DNA of 63,215 bases, the filler included, from Folioceros fuciformis (taxonomy: Eukaryota), in assembly GCA_049999805.1 (NCBI GenBank). It is 10 parts of 10 records of this genome, joined end to end, with 100 filler letters (N's around TTAATTAATTAA, not from the genome) between each part and the next. Parts side by side here need not be neighbours in the genome. Positions count along the whole stretch, not along the records: positions 1 to 8,940 come from JBNGIO010003432.1; positions 9,041 to 16,058 come from JBNGIO010003433.1; 8 more parts are not named here. One strand, 5' to 3'. The position numbers and the translations under genes are program-made. The notes beneath the pieces are model-generated. The model ran no database searches. It was not told the DNA's origin and saw nothing but the letters and a program-made list of their open reading frames with translations. This document shows positions 1 to 12,000 of the stretch, piece by piece (the first letter of the stretch is position 1; each line of letters opens with the position of its first letter).

Positions 1-807
1 TTTTTATCGCATTGTGATTGGATAAGTTAGATATCTATATTATCCATATTATTTTAAGTATAATATATATATATATAATAAAACTAAAATAATATTTATA
101 GAATTGGACTATAGTAGTTTGGAGTGCCTATTTTCATAAAAAAAGTAACATATAATATTTATAGAAAAATAACATTTATCCTTACTCCCAACTAGGAGTA
201 CCCAAACCTGTAACATTTATAGAAATATAACATTTAACCATTCTAATGTCCAACCCGGATTGCTCCAAACCGCGTGCCTACATACCTTATACCTGAATGT
301 GCCTTATACCTGAATGTGACATCTTAAGGTTAGGCCCCATTCTCGGCTTTTGTCTTCAAATTTCTCATATTTGGGTAGCGAAAGATTACATTCTTACTTA
401 CATCCATATTTGTATCTTCCTTCCTCGCCCGTCAGTANNNNNNNNNNNNNNNNNNNNNNNNNNNNNNNNNNNNNNNNNNNNNNNNNNNNNNNNNNNNNNN
501 NNNNNNNNNNNNNNNNNNNNNNNNNNNNNNNNNNNNNGGACACGGAACATATTTCGCACACTGGACCGGATTCTCAATTCATTGCGGAACCCAGCTTTTG
601 AAACCTGTTTTGTCCCATATTGGGGAAATCAATTGATGCTACCTGATGTACAGAAAAAGGGTTTTGTTGACGGGAGGATGCAGTCCTCAAAGCCGAAGGA
701 GACCAGATCTGCCTGCTTCGTGCTCACAGTGGTCAGCGCCAGGTTTCGTTTCACGCAGAGCTCCGCAAATCCACCCGGGTGCCAGGCTCAGCCAGATTCT
801 AGGAAAC

Positions 808-2722
808 ATGGGGGTGCAGGCTGACCACAATGCGCAAGCTGGGAAGCGAAGGCGAGTAGCTTTTATTCTTGTGGATGGAATTGCAGACGTTGCTGTGCCG
901 TCTTTGGGATACAGGACGCCTCTTGAGGCTGCCAAGACTCCGAACTTGAATGCCATCGCTTCTGCGGGTCTGAGCGGGCTCATGGACCCTGTGGAACCCG
1001 GTTTGGCTTGCGGCAGTGACACGGCTCACCTTTCCTTATTGGGATACAATCCGCGGGTGCACTACAAGGGAAGGGGAGCTTTTGAGTCTCTAGGAGCTGG
1101 CATCCCCATGTGTCCGGGTGATATTGCTTTCAAGGTATTGCCGGATTTTGCATGGAGAATGCTACGGATGCCCTGGTTACCAGGCGTGCTACGAATGCAC
1201 GTGAGGATCCATTCAATTCGAGACTTACGTCTGTTTTTCTCCAGAGCAATTTTGCAACCATTGATGATGCCACTGGAGTCGTCACTAGCAGAAGAGCAGA
1301 TCGACATTTCGAAGAGGACGGGCCTGTTTTGTGTGCAGCTCTGGACGGGCTGAAACTTCCATCGTTCCCTGAATGCAAGGTTCGAGTTAGGTCTGGTGAC
1401 CATCCTGTGACCTACTCTTTCTAGCCCTTACCTGATATGGGTGCAGGGATGTGTGCTATGGGGTACTGACTGATGACTTTATCTACGCAGGTATGCTACT
1501 GAGCACAGGTGTGGTGTTGTTGTCAGTGGTCCGAATTTGAGCGGAAGCATATGTGGGACCGACCCGCTGAAGGACAATCGCTTGCTTACTTCAGTTGCAC
1601 CGCTTGATGACACACCCGAAGCAAAACGCACCGCGGCAGTAGTCAATGAGCTGTCTGATGTAATTAGACGAATTCTATCTGCTCATCCTCTCAATGCCGA
1701 GAGGCTCTCCAATGGGAAGGCTATAGCTAACGTAGTCTTGTTACGGGGATGTGGGATTCGAGTAGAGGTACTTCTTCAACCTTCTCTATTCTCATGATTT
1801 AAAGTCTTGTCTTAAAACAGCTTTTTTGTCAAACACTTCCAGGTACCAACCTTCCTGACAATTCATGGGCTTCGCCCATGCATGGTTGCTCCCACCAAGA
1901 TAATTGCTGGACTCGGTCTTTCTCTAGGGATTGACATACTTCACGCTCCAGGAGCGACAGGAGACTACAGAACGCATCTCACGTCCAAAGCAGCTGCTAT
2001 TTCTAGAGCTCTGTCCGCTCCACTCCAATCTCCTCCTTCAATAATCGTCCCTGGGGAAGAAGGAACTAAACTCGGGTGGCCCCAAGGCTATGATTTCGGT
2101 TTCCTGCACATCAAGGTACTTCACCTTATGGACACGGCAGCTGTCGGGCAGGCCTAGTTATTTGCTGTTTCAGCAATGTTTTCGTCAGTATAGCAATGCT
2201 TGACTGATGGCTGGGCGACTGTGTTGTTGTTTCGTTATTCAGGCCATAGATGATGCCAGCCATGACAAGGCATTGTATTTGAAGGTGAAAGCTTTTGAAG
2301 CTGTGGACACAATGGTCGGCCAACTTGCAGCCATGCTTTGGAAAATTGAGCAGAGTGGAACTTTTGAGCACAGTATCGCAGTAACTGGAGACCATTCAAG
2401 TCCAGTGGAGTACGGTGATCACAGCTTCGAGCCAGTGCCTTTCACAATCTGTCATCTCAAGGACTTCGTTGCAGCTCGAGGGGAGTCCACAGTTCTCGCC
2501 ACTTCTTTGACTCCGTTTAGCCTACCTATAGCAAAGGATGAGGCGCCATTAAATGATTTTGAAGATTTGCAGTTTCAGCTCAACGATTTGGACGAACCAA
2601 CTCGTATTCCAGTAGCTGGGGATTCAGTCACAGAGTTCAGCGAGACCGCTGCAGCGAGGGGATGTCTGGGTCGCTTCCCAGGTAGCGAGATGATGGGCGT
2701 GATCAAGAGTTACATCGCCTGA
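808..2722 (+). CDS. 2,3-bisphosphoglycerate-independent phosphoglycerate mutase, archaeal (ApgM)-type; 5 exons
   Basis: Motifs VAFILVDGIAD, TPLEAAKTPNL, GLMDPVEPGLACGSDTAHLSLLGY, YATEHRC, ANVVLLRGCG, FLHIK-AIDDASHD, VTGDHSSP, GDHSFEPVPF, GCLGRFPG. Exons with GT-AG junctions that keep the frame: 808-1134, 1245-1390, 1491-1767, 1843-2115, 2243-2722. Confidence 0.93.
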
Positions 2723-3197
2723 ACGAGCTGAATAAGGCGAAAGGAGTGGAATGCAATAATGTTACCACAAGGATAGCTGCCGAAGGTCTCACCAACTTCC
2801 ATACTAGGATGATGTGATCAAACGTCATGGGTGACAACCAGAGCACATTGGAATTCACATGAACGGCAGGTCGCTTCGTCACTGGACTCCCACGAGAGGA
2901 AACTTAGAGCAATGGGCCCTTCAGTTCTCGTCTGAAAATACATCCGACAAGGGGGGACAAGGCTTCCATAGCTCTCCAATCTTATTTCATGCACATCCCC
3001 AAATGGGATAAAACTTCTATACCTCGATAATGCTCCAGTTGGCGACGGCGAGTCCGCCGCTCCCAAAATCCATCAGGCCGACTCCCTGTGTAACTCAAAA
3101 CAAGGCTGGCTGCTTTCCTTCTGTAAAACTCCTTGCAGCCAGCAAAATTTGCCAAGCCCAGAAGCTCATGGTTCAAACACTGTAGTTTGAATCCGCT

Positions 3198-3593
3198 TCA
3201 TACACTCTTATACAGCCTTCGTCGAGCCAGAAACCGCGAAATGGGAGGCGTGAGAGCGACTGTCAAGGGGACTCTCACTGGGAACAACGCCTTGTTACAT
3301 AAAATAGCCAAAGCCAGAGCTCCCCCTGTTGATGCGGCTGCTGCAGGGCTTCCTTCCTTTCTGCTGCTCGTCTCGCCAACGCTATCCACGCGGCCGTCCG
3401 GCTTGGACGCATCAGAAACGCTCTGTGCTTCCTTCCGGCTGATAAGCCCTATCTTCTCCAGCGCAGGTCCCACATCTACTTTGCTCTGAATGGCCACATA
3501 GAACCCCGTGATGGACACCGCGGATACAGACAGATGTACGGCGACTGCGACTCTCCCATATTTGGCAAACAGCTCCTTCAAGCGAGCTGCCAT
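3198..3593 (-). CDS. DUF1279 / FAM210B-like small membrane protein (131 aa, single exon)
   Basis: N-terminal RLKELFAKYGRVAVAVHLSVS..GFYVAI and C-terminal ALAILCNKALFPVRVPLTVALTP match the two conserved blocks of DUF1279/FAM210 as I recall them; ATG to TGA intact. Confidence 0.8.
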   Translation of the reverse strand: MAARLKELFAKYGRVAVAVHLSVSAVSITGFYVAIQSKVDVGPALEKIGLISRKEAQSVSDASKPDGRVDSVGETSSRKEGSPAAAASTGGALALAILCNKALFPVRVPLTVALTPPISRFLARRRLYKSV

Positions 3594-4189
3594 CCTTGAG
3601 CGCTAGAGCGTACGCCGTGCGCGCCTGGAGCTGCAGATCCTGTCAAGCAAAACAAGTTTTGTGTCTGCTCTCGTTTCTCGCAGGCCCGCATGCCTCCACC
3701 ACTTTCATGGCTGCATAACCTGTTTCTCCGAATCACGAGGTGCAAAGTGAGGAGTAAGGAAGGCAAACCGGAGCATCGGCAGACTGTCGTTCGTTTAGGG
3801 CTTATCGTGGACGTATAAATGGTGTAGACCGTTTCCGACGGGATCAGATAATTTTAATAATGCCTTTGATGTGATGTGGAGGTTGATGTGGGTTCAGGAT
3901 TAACGAAGTCTAGTCTAGTGTCGTCGGCTGGCCGAGGACTACGCAGGTCCACAAAACGTGGGGAAATGGCAGAGATATAAGGCACAGTTTGGATATCTGC
4001 ACTTGGAGCGGTCTTGTCTTCAGAGTGGAGTAGCGAATGAGTTTACTCCAGAGGTCATTTGGTGGGGTGCAGGAGTGAAGGAACTAGATTGACAAACGAG
4101 TCATGCCGCCTAATCCGATGGAGTAGCGCCTCCGGTGTTGCGACGGTATACTAAAGGTTTGATCCAGGAGGCTATGTCCAGAATCCCCT

Positions 4190-4796
4190 AAGCAGTGAAG
4201 GCCTTGAACTATTTGACAGGTGGAGAAAGAGGGTTTCAACCCTGATGATATCACGCTTGTTTCTGCCCTGGCTGGCTGCAGCCATGCTATTCAGTTGATG
4301 AAGAGCACCAGTTGTTACATTCCATTAATCAGGATCTTGGCGCCCAACCACTCTTCAGCACTATGCGGGCATGGCAGGTTTGCTTTAGGGAGCTGGCCAC
4401 CTCCAGCAGGCAGAACACATGAGTAACAATATGCCTGTCCAACCTGATGCTGTGATGTGGTTGTCGTTGTTTGGTGCCTGTAAACCCATAAAAAATCTGA
4501 ATATAGGACCGCGTGCCTTCCCCGACTGTCTTAAGCGGAAACCCAAGAATCATGCATCTTATGTGCTAGTTTTAAATCTATATACTGATGCTGGTAAAGA
4601 AGATGATGCAGCAAGCAGCAGGACAGAGATGCAAGAAACAGGACTGAGAAAGGTGCCAGGGCGTAGCTGGATGTTGATCAACAATGAAGTGCATGCTTTC
4701 CTTGATGGAGACAGGTTACATAGCGAGACAGAATTAATCCTCCTGGAGCTTAAGAGAGTGATTGCGATGGTTGGACATTCCAGGTGCGAGGTCTGA
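4190..4796 (+). pseudogene. Decayed PLS-class PPR gene fragment (last repeats + E/E+ domain)
   Basis: GFNPDDITLVSALAGCSHA, then a frame break to MPVQPDAVMWLSLFGACK...ASYVLVLNLY...RKVPGRSWMLINNEVHAF; frameshifted and lacking an N-terminal repeat array. Confidence 0.8.
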
Positions 4797-4859
4797 TACA
4801 GAATTAGCAAAGGCACTGGAGGTTTCTTTTCAATCGGAGAACATGGACGTCCCTTGCAT

Positions 4860-6506
4860 ATGATTTTCAAGTACAATAGTTTTGAGACACGTGCTCCTTT
4901 GTGCAGGGGCAGGGGCAGGGGCGAATGTAATTTTGGTTATCTTCCACCATTTGGAAGTTCATTCAGGCTAGCACGGAGTGGCCATGTCAGGAAGACCTCT
5001 GAGCCCGTTGAGCCGTGGGACAAGCGAGCAGAGCGTCGTTCTCTGCACTTCCTACAAACTTTAGTGCACGAGTGCACTCAGAAGAAAGATGTAGCAGGCG
5101 GGAGGCAAGCGCAAGCACTGATTCAACAACATGGTCTTGAGTCAAATACGTTAGTTGGTGGCCAGTTGGTTCACATGTTCGCTTGTTTTGGGAACCTGAC
5201 GGAAGCAAAGCAAGCATTCGACAAACTGTCATCACCGGATGCTTTCGCATGGGCTGCCATCATGTCGGCACATGGCCGAAATGGGCAAAGCATGGAAGCC
5301 ATTGGTTTGTATCAGCGGGTCCAGCAATCTGGCACGAAGCCAAATGGGCATGTCTTTGTTGCTGCCTTGAAAGCCTGCACCGATGCTGCAAGCTTGAAGC
5401 GTGGAAAGCTGGTCCATGCTCACATAGTAGAGAGTGACTACGAGTCCGATGTGTTTGTTGGAAGCACCCTTATCGACATGTATGCCAAATGTGGGAGCCT
5501 TCAAGAGGCGTGGAATGTGTTTTCCAGGCTACCATCAAAAAATATAGTAGCATGGACCGTAATGATTTCCGCATGTGCTCAGCATGGACATGGTGAAGAA
5601 GGTTTGGGTCTGTTGAAGGAAATGCAGGCACAGGGATTGGAACCAGACAGGGTGACGTTCTGCAGTGCCCTGAAAGCATGCTCTAGTATAGCAGCGCTGG
5701 AGCGGGGCAGGACAATTCACTCGGAGATTATGGAGAGGGGGATGGAGACTGACATTGTGGTTGGCAGCACTCTCATGGACATGTATTCCAGTTGTGGGAG
5801 CATCGAAGATGCCCATGCAGTGTTCGATAAATTGTGGAATAAAGATGTGATTGCCTGGACTACGATGATTGCAGGATGTGCTGAGCACGGACGGTGTTGG
5901 GAGGCCCTGCAGTTGTATGAGCAAATGCAGCAGGGGGGTGTGAAGCCAAATAATGTGACATTCGTCTGTTTGCTCTCTGCCTGCAGCCATGCTGGTTTGG
6001 TTGAGCATGGCATGTGCCTGTTCCGTTCCATGTGTGACGACTATCGCATTACCCCGGAGTTGGAGCATTACGCTTGCATAGTAGACCTACTTGGTCGAGC
6101 AGGGCATCTTTCCGAGGCTGAGGACTTCCTCCATCAGCTGCCCGCAACACCTGACATCGCGTTGTGGATGTCTCTCCTGGGGGCCTGCCAAATTCACAGC
6201 AATGTAGGGCTAGGAAAGCAGGCATTCGAGGCCATCTTGGAGCTCGATAGCACAAATGTGGCTGCATATGTGTTGATGTCAAACATCTATGCAGCGTGTG
6301 GGATGTGGGAGGAGGAGATGGACACAAGAACGAGGCTACGGAAAGCCGGCGTGGAGAAGAAACCAGGGCGTAGCTGGCTGGAGGTAAACTGTCAGGTGCA
6401 CTCTTTCGTGAAGGATGAAAAAACACACCCTGAAAGAAGGGTAATATACGATACACTCCAGACCTTGACTGAACTGATCAAAAGTGGAGAGCAGGTGTAT
6501 CAATGA
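4860..6506 (+). CDS. PLS-class pentatricopeptide repeat protein with E1/E2/E+ extension and no DYW domain (putative organellar RNA-editing specificity factor)
   Basis: Intronless ORF of ~548 aa from ATG 4860. Repeated P/L/S motifs (DVFVGSTLIDMYAKCGSL..A..VF, VAWTVMISACAQHG, PDRVTFCSALKACS); E domain (ALWMSLLGACQIH, AAYVLMSNIYAACG); PG box KKPGRSWLEV and E+ HPERRVIY, then stop. Confidence 0.93.
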   Translation: MIFKYNSFETRAPLCRGRGRGECNFGYLPPFGSSFRLARSGHVRKTSEPVEPWDKRAERRSLHFLQTLVHECTQKKDVAGGRQAQALIQQHGLESNTLVGGQLVHMFACFGNLTEAKQAFDKLSSPDAFAWAAIMSAHGRNGQSMEAIGLYQRVQQSGTKPNGHVFVAALKACTDAASLKRGKLVHAHIVESDYESDVFVGSTLIDMYAKCGSLQEAWNVFSRLPSKNIVAWTVMISACAQHGHGEEGLGLLKEMQAQGLEPDRVTFCSALKACSSIAALERGRTIHSEIMERGMETDIVVGSTLMDMYSSCGSIEDAHAVFDKLWNKDVIAWTTMIAGCAEHGRCWEALQLYEQMQQGGVKPNNVTFVCLLSACSHAGLVEHGMCLFRSMCDDYRITPELEHYACIVDLLGRAGHLSEAEDFLHQLPATPDIALWMSLLGACQIHSNVGLGKQAFEAILELDSTNVAAYVLMSNIYAACGMWEEEMDTRTRLRKAGVEKKPGRSWLEVNCQVHSFVKDEKTHPERRVIYDTLQTLTELIKSGEQVYQ

Positions 6507-6696
6507 AATGGGAACCAAGACCCTTCGGAAGCTTGGGAAGACGCCCATTTGGCCCCACAGCTTGGGAACCTCTGAGACGTTTCGTGTTTCATGCGTCATT
6601 TACGCCGTCCCCACAAGCCCAGTGTAGCCCTAAAGAAAGCGACACACTGTTCTGTGTATCCAGTTAGGCGCCCTTTCCGTGGACAGTGTGAAGGTG

Positions 6697-7153
6697 GTGG
6701 ACAGTGTCACAACTACGTTGACAAGCGCATTTTGACCTACCTTCCCAGTTCGTCTTCCGACAACCCTTCGGCCCCAGCAAGAACAAGCTGGCCTTGGCTT
6801 TTCTACCAAACGCCTGGCGTGTGCGTGCGGACTTTTGATGTCCAATGGTCAGCGCTGTCACGCTTTGTACTGTCCTGCCACGCTCGAGTCGTCACCACGA
6901 AGTTATCGGAGGCACTGAAGCGCCGTTGTGGACAGTATTACAACTACGTTGACAAGCACATTTTGACCTCCCTTCCCAGTTCGTCTTCCGACAACCCTTC
7001 GGCCCCAAGCAAGAACCAGTTGGCCTTGGCTTTTCTACCAAAAGCCTGGCGTGTGCGTGCGGACTTTTGATGTCCAATGGTCAGCGCTGTCACGCCTTGT
7101 ACTCTCCTGCCACGCTCGAGTCGTCACCACGAAGTTATTGGAGGCACTGGAGC
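6697..7153. repeat. Two-copy direct tandem duplication, ~231-bp unit
   Basis: GTGGACAGT..CAACTACGTTGACAAGC...GTCGTCACCACGAAGTTAT.GGAGGCACTG occurs at ~6697-6921 and again at ~6928-7153 with few substitutions. Confidence 0.9.
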
Positions 7154-7549
7154 ACCTTTCACAACGAAGCCGACAAAAGGAACCCGACAAAAGGAACCGC
7201 GCCGTGATAATTACCTACCGTAAAGAAAGAAGAATGTTATTTTAAACATCTTTTTGCCATCTTTCGGCCCGCCGTTTATCAGGCTTACGGCGCAGTGTTT
7301 TGATGTATGTCAGGGTTTTTTCAGCTTATGGTCCCCTAGGTTTGCCCGAGATCTATAATGAAGTGGATTAAGTCTATCGAAACGCGCCCTAAAATTCAAA
7401 CTTTACGATTAAGTTGGTGAGGCCATATGCAAGATCTAGTTTCGTCTTGTTGCGGCCGTCCCGCAAGATTGTTTTCTTGCTTGTTCCATATGCAGGGTGT
7501 GCATGTGGCTTGGCCTTGTAGGGTTTAGTGTCCTGGTACTTTGCAGTCA

Positions 7550-7890
7550 ATGGATGAAGCCATGGCTCTTTTTTCTCAACAATCAGATCCGGATGATGAA
7601 GTTGTGGCATTAGAATCTGCAAGTCCATACGAGGTACGGTCAAACTCTCTCAAGTCTCTCATCTGGTCAGAAGAGGCAACGTCCACACTAATCGACACAT
7701 ACCATGAGATTCATCTTGTGCATCTCAAATCTGGAAATTTGGGGAACAAGCACTGGTCTGAAATAGCCAAAGAGGTGGCTAGTACTTGTCACATGGATGG
7801 TCTATGTGGCAAGAAGTGCAAGCAGAAGCTAGAGATTCTTAAGACGGTATTGCAAGAAGAAGGAGATGAAGTCAAGCACAGGTCAGGTTT
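7550..7890 (+). pseudogene. Myb/SANT-like (trihelix-type) DNA-binding domain fragment, probably degenerate or transposon-derived
   Basis: WSEEATSTLIDTYHE...GNLGNKHWSEIAKEV...KKCKQKLEILK resembles the trihelix Myb/SANT consensus (W..EET..LI....W..IA......QC..K...LK); the ORF runs into a poly-T/poly-A tract. Confidence 0.6.
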
Positions 7891-8940
7891 TTTTTTTTTT
7901 TTTGTGAAGAAAAAAATCTGATTATACGTAGCTCAAGCTATAGCCAGATTACAGTACTTGCTCGCATAACTACGTAAGGCGTTAGTCTACATGCTACTTC
8001 CTAAACTGCAGAAGTGATCAAACTAGAACTATCGTGCAGGCGAGAGATCCCTTGTCAATGGGTGGCTCACCTTCCCCACGGGCAGGAGTGGTTCCACTGG
8101 CCATTATGCCCGAGGAGTCTGGCGGTCTTCCACTCTGTTTGTCTAAACTTGTTGTGGGTGGAAGTACGAATGCTCTCCGCAGTCACCAGGACCTATTCCT
8201 AGATATGCCAAGATAGAGCTTTCCTTGATACCGGGTCATTACCGCCATAGACCATTGCTATCCAGTTTTGCCATAGGGCGAAGAGAGACAGAGACCATAC
8301 CACTCCCCACCACTGCTTCTATACAAGAGGCTCTCGTGTTTGCTCGTTGTGGGGGAAAATATTGCACCCGGGGGTGCTGCGAGGTCCACACAAACCCTCT
8401 TTGTCGTTATAGCACTGGGATTCGATCCCAAGGGAATGATTTGTGTCCAACTACACAAGTTTCCTCTCAAAATCAATTACTACCTTAAGGGTACCTATCT
8501 CCTCAGGACCCCCCAACTACCCAAGTCACACCCGGGCGCTCCCACTCTTCCTGACTTCCTGATGACTCCAGCTCCGGCCACTGCTTCAACCGCCTCAACC
8601 ACTCCATTGCCCCTACGACTACTTCTACTGTGGTCAATGCCCGCGCTGTTCCTATCTTGCTCAGGAGCCGTTGTGTCTGACCATGCCTTCGCTCTGGTTG
8701 CCTGTCTTCCGCTCATGCCCCGTCCACCACTTCCTCTCCCCGACTCCTCGGTTGCGCTCCTTTTCGAAATCACACTCGGGCCCTCCTAGTCCTTACGTAG
8801 GGTTTTCCTCTGCCCGGCCATTTTGCTTTCGCTACCCAGCGGAGCTCCACCACCAGTCATCCTTCCATGAAGGTGGTTCACCTTCCCCTACCGTTGCTGA
8901 ATCACGACTTCCTTATTTTCTAGCCTAAGTCCACGACCTC

Positions 8941-9040
8941 NNNNNNNNNNNNNNNNNNNNNNNNNNNNNNNNNNNNNNNNNNNNTTAATTAATTAANNNN
9001 NNNNNNNNNNNNNNNNNNNNNNNNNNNNNNNNNNNNNNNN
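8941..9040. other. Artificial scaffold-joining spacer (N44-TTAATTAATTAA-N44); first of nine
   Basis: Identical 12-mer flanked by Ns at 8985, 16103, 24622, 27478, 30091, 41179, 46403, 50053 and 53749; it supplies TAA stops in all six frames. Confidence 0.97.
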
Positions 9041-12000
9041 CCATCTGGAGGAGCTGCAAGGAGTGCTGGATGTGCTGCAAGGCCACTCCATCGCTGGTAC
9101 TGATGAGGAATTGGATCGTTTTTTAGCGGAGTTTCTATTACGTGAGGTGAGATGCCGCTGTCGTTGTCTCCGCCGGTTCGCATTATCGCACTCACAATGG
9201 TTTGAACTTGTGGGCTGCTCATCTGGCTGAGCTGGGGTCTAATGTGTCACGTCAGTTGGCTTCCAAAAGCTGGTCTTATCTCGTGGGATTTGTGGGTAAG
9301 CTCTGTTTGCTGAACTGTTTGTCTGTCACGTCACCTGGAAAGGTGAAGGCCTGTCAAGACCTAGGACAGTTACGGGGGAAAATCCAGTTTCTGGAGGTGC
9401 AACTACCCAAGGTATGCCTTGCACGGATAGGATTCTGTCGATTTGGTATGGTGGCAAGGTCGGCGATGGTAGCCCTGGTTGGCTGATGTTTGCAGTGTTG
9501 GACCTTGTACAGCTGTCAACGACATTACTGGGGGAAGTGGCTTCTCAGTGTCTAACATCAGGTGTGCCCAAATTCCTGCTCATCCTGAATGATCTTAATG
9601 TAGGGTGTGTTGTAGGAACGTGTAGGCAGACACTGAGTGCATGTGAGAGTTGTCAAATTAGAGTGTGACAATTGCCATGACATTTTGTTTCACCTTAAAC
9701 AGCCTCCTTGATTCTGTCAGATCATGCAAGCATGGGAATGATAGTGAGTGGTCATGGGGACGGCACATCTCAAAGGAATGCAGCGTTTGGAGGAAACGAC
9801 CCGGCGCCAAGGGGAAATATCCTGGTTGCCAACGAACCTTTGGTCGGACTGAGCTCCATGCTTCGAGCAAGATCTACTCTTGAAGATTTCGTAAGCTATT
9901 TTGTCTCTCATTCTTAGTTGCGGGTTCATCAATGCCGAAATGCGGGCCTACCTTGCACATGTTACCCTTTTCATGGAAATCTTGTGGGCTTGCTGATTGT
10001 GTGGGCAACAGTGCAGATCTTATTTTATGTTTCACGGCTTGGACGTCAATGCCCCAGCGGACTTGTTTCGCCACCTTCCTCTTTTGATGTTTGTGGAGTC
10101 CTACATTTATCAGGTTCCAAACGGGGCGACGTATGTTGTGTAGCTTGCAGAGACTGATTTGTGCTTGGATTCGAGGGGTGAGGCTCCCTCATGTAATTTG
10201 AGATGGTGTTGAAATCGTGACTTTTGTCCCTGTGTAGTTGGATGAACAAAATGAGGAGGACGTTCACCAGTGGTCTGAAGGCAGGCATCAGGTATGATTT
10301 TGTAGATGCTGGATCAGCTGTCAACTTGCCGAGCCCGTGTCGCAGGAATTGGTCATGGGAGCATGTCGCTTGATGTTGGGATGGACAGGATTCTCAATTA
10401 AGGTAGTATGTTGCGGGGTGCAAGGTGGCTGCCTTTGGTGCTGTCAAGGATCCTTTCAAGGAGCTACAGGCTTGTCTTGTCCGGCGAGAGCTCTTCACAG
10501 ACAGGTGCGGATGCCATCATTTCCTCCTAGTCAAATCTGAAGGCTTCTCTGTTGTTACGATGACTGGACTGTGTGGTGGCTCACAGGATCCAGGAAAAGC
10601 TCAAAGATGGGGTGGAGTATTGGTTACTAGAGCAGTCGTTATGTAGAGATCTTGTAACAGGGAGGAAGGCAAGCAGTGTTGGCCTCTGCTCCATGAGCTG
10701 CAATCTAATCTGTGTCCATCCAAACTGATGGAGGTGGTGTTGTCTTTTTGCAGATTTCCATACATGACGTCATGCGGGCCATCCGCCTGAAATCCTTCGA
10801 CTACCAGGTCTTAAATCTCCTCTTGTACAGACTGCAAGGAGAAGAGGTAGCGACGAATCCTAGATCTAGTGGGTTATGCATCTGCTGTTGCTGAGAACTG
10901 GTCCCTGTCCCCGGCTTTGTGCGACTGACTTCAGGTGTTTGGTTTGCAAGGTGAACGAAGATCATTATGCATACCTCTGTGCTTCAGAGTTCCTTGTGGA
11001 GATTGCGGATGACCTGTAAGCGACTGAACCATAACTCTGACGTGGTGAGATTTATCTTCCAACTTCCGCGTGGACTCCTCTGAGTCAGAAGTTTTGTCTC
11101 GGCAGGTACGACTACGAGGTTAGTAGAAGCTCTTGTCATGTTCATGTTCATGGGGAGTGAGGAGCAGCAGGCAATTGCGAAACAAACCTTTGCTCCAGTT
11201 CCTCAAAATGCATTCCAACTGCAGGAGGACGTGCTCAAGAACAGCTTTAACCTACTGCGCATGCTGGTGGGTGTATACGGCCCTGCAGAGGCGCCAAAGG
11301 TGCTGGTAAGGACACGCAACTCACATCCTCGTCACCAGGCTCCGCGCTCAACTCAGCCCGCCGGCTAATGTTCTCCTCTTTTCGATAACACAGGCGCAGT
11401 GCATCAAGGAGGGAGAGGCTGCATACGAAGCCCAGCTGAAGAAACTGGAACCGAGCTTATCATCCCGCTGCCAACTCCGATGCGAGGAGGCTGTTCGAGA
11501 AGGTCCGCCCACCTTCCTCCTCCAGTCACCGTCCATGCCGTCACAATGCAGGGCCGCCGACATACATCTAACCAGCTACCGGTCCGCGTCCAGGTGGCGG
11601 AGGTGGAGAGCACCCTCTAGGATCATGGACAATCCCGCACCTCATCCTGGACGAGCCTGCCTACAGGATCCAAGTCCAGCAGCTGGTGGAAGCAGAAAAA
11701 AAACAAGGCGTGTGATTCCACCTACCCTACGAGAGTACCGACTGCGACCAAGCCAGCCAGCCAGCCAGCAGTCCACATTGCCATATCGGTCTCCCACACG
11801 CCATAGAGCTCACACATCTTGCATTCAACCCTAGCTATCGTTGTGGACGATAAACAACAGTGTCCCGCCTCTCGGGACGTCAAAATCACCACGCCAGCTC
11901 TCGCCAGAGACTGCGCGTCTTGAAGGTGACGGTGCAGTCGGTTCAGGTTCCGTCTTATCCGACCATGTCCTTTTTCAAGCCACTCGTCAAGCCGTAGAAG

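Noticed and set aside
2818-3176. Short minus-strand ORFs between the PGM and DUF1279 genes
   Set aside because: Most simply the convergent 3' UTR region; no motifs.
8985-8996. TTAATTAATTAA as a biological motif (PacI site or piggyBac TTAA target)
   Set aside because: Always centred in exactly 44+44 Ns; an assembly linker.
9041-11400. Possible degenerate non-LTR retrotransposon on the minus strand
   Set aside because: Only weak hints (MHNPLDLG..., YQIDRIL) amid many stops; no RT or endonuclease motif I can support.
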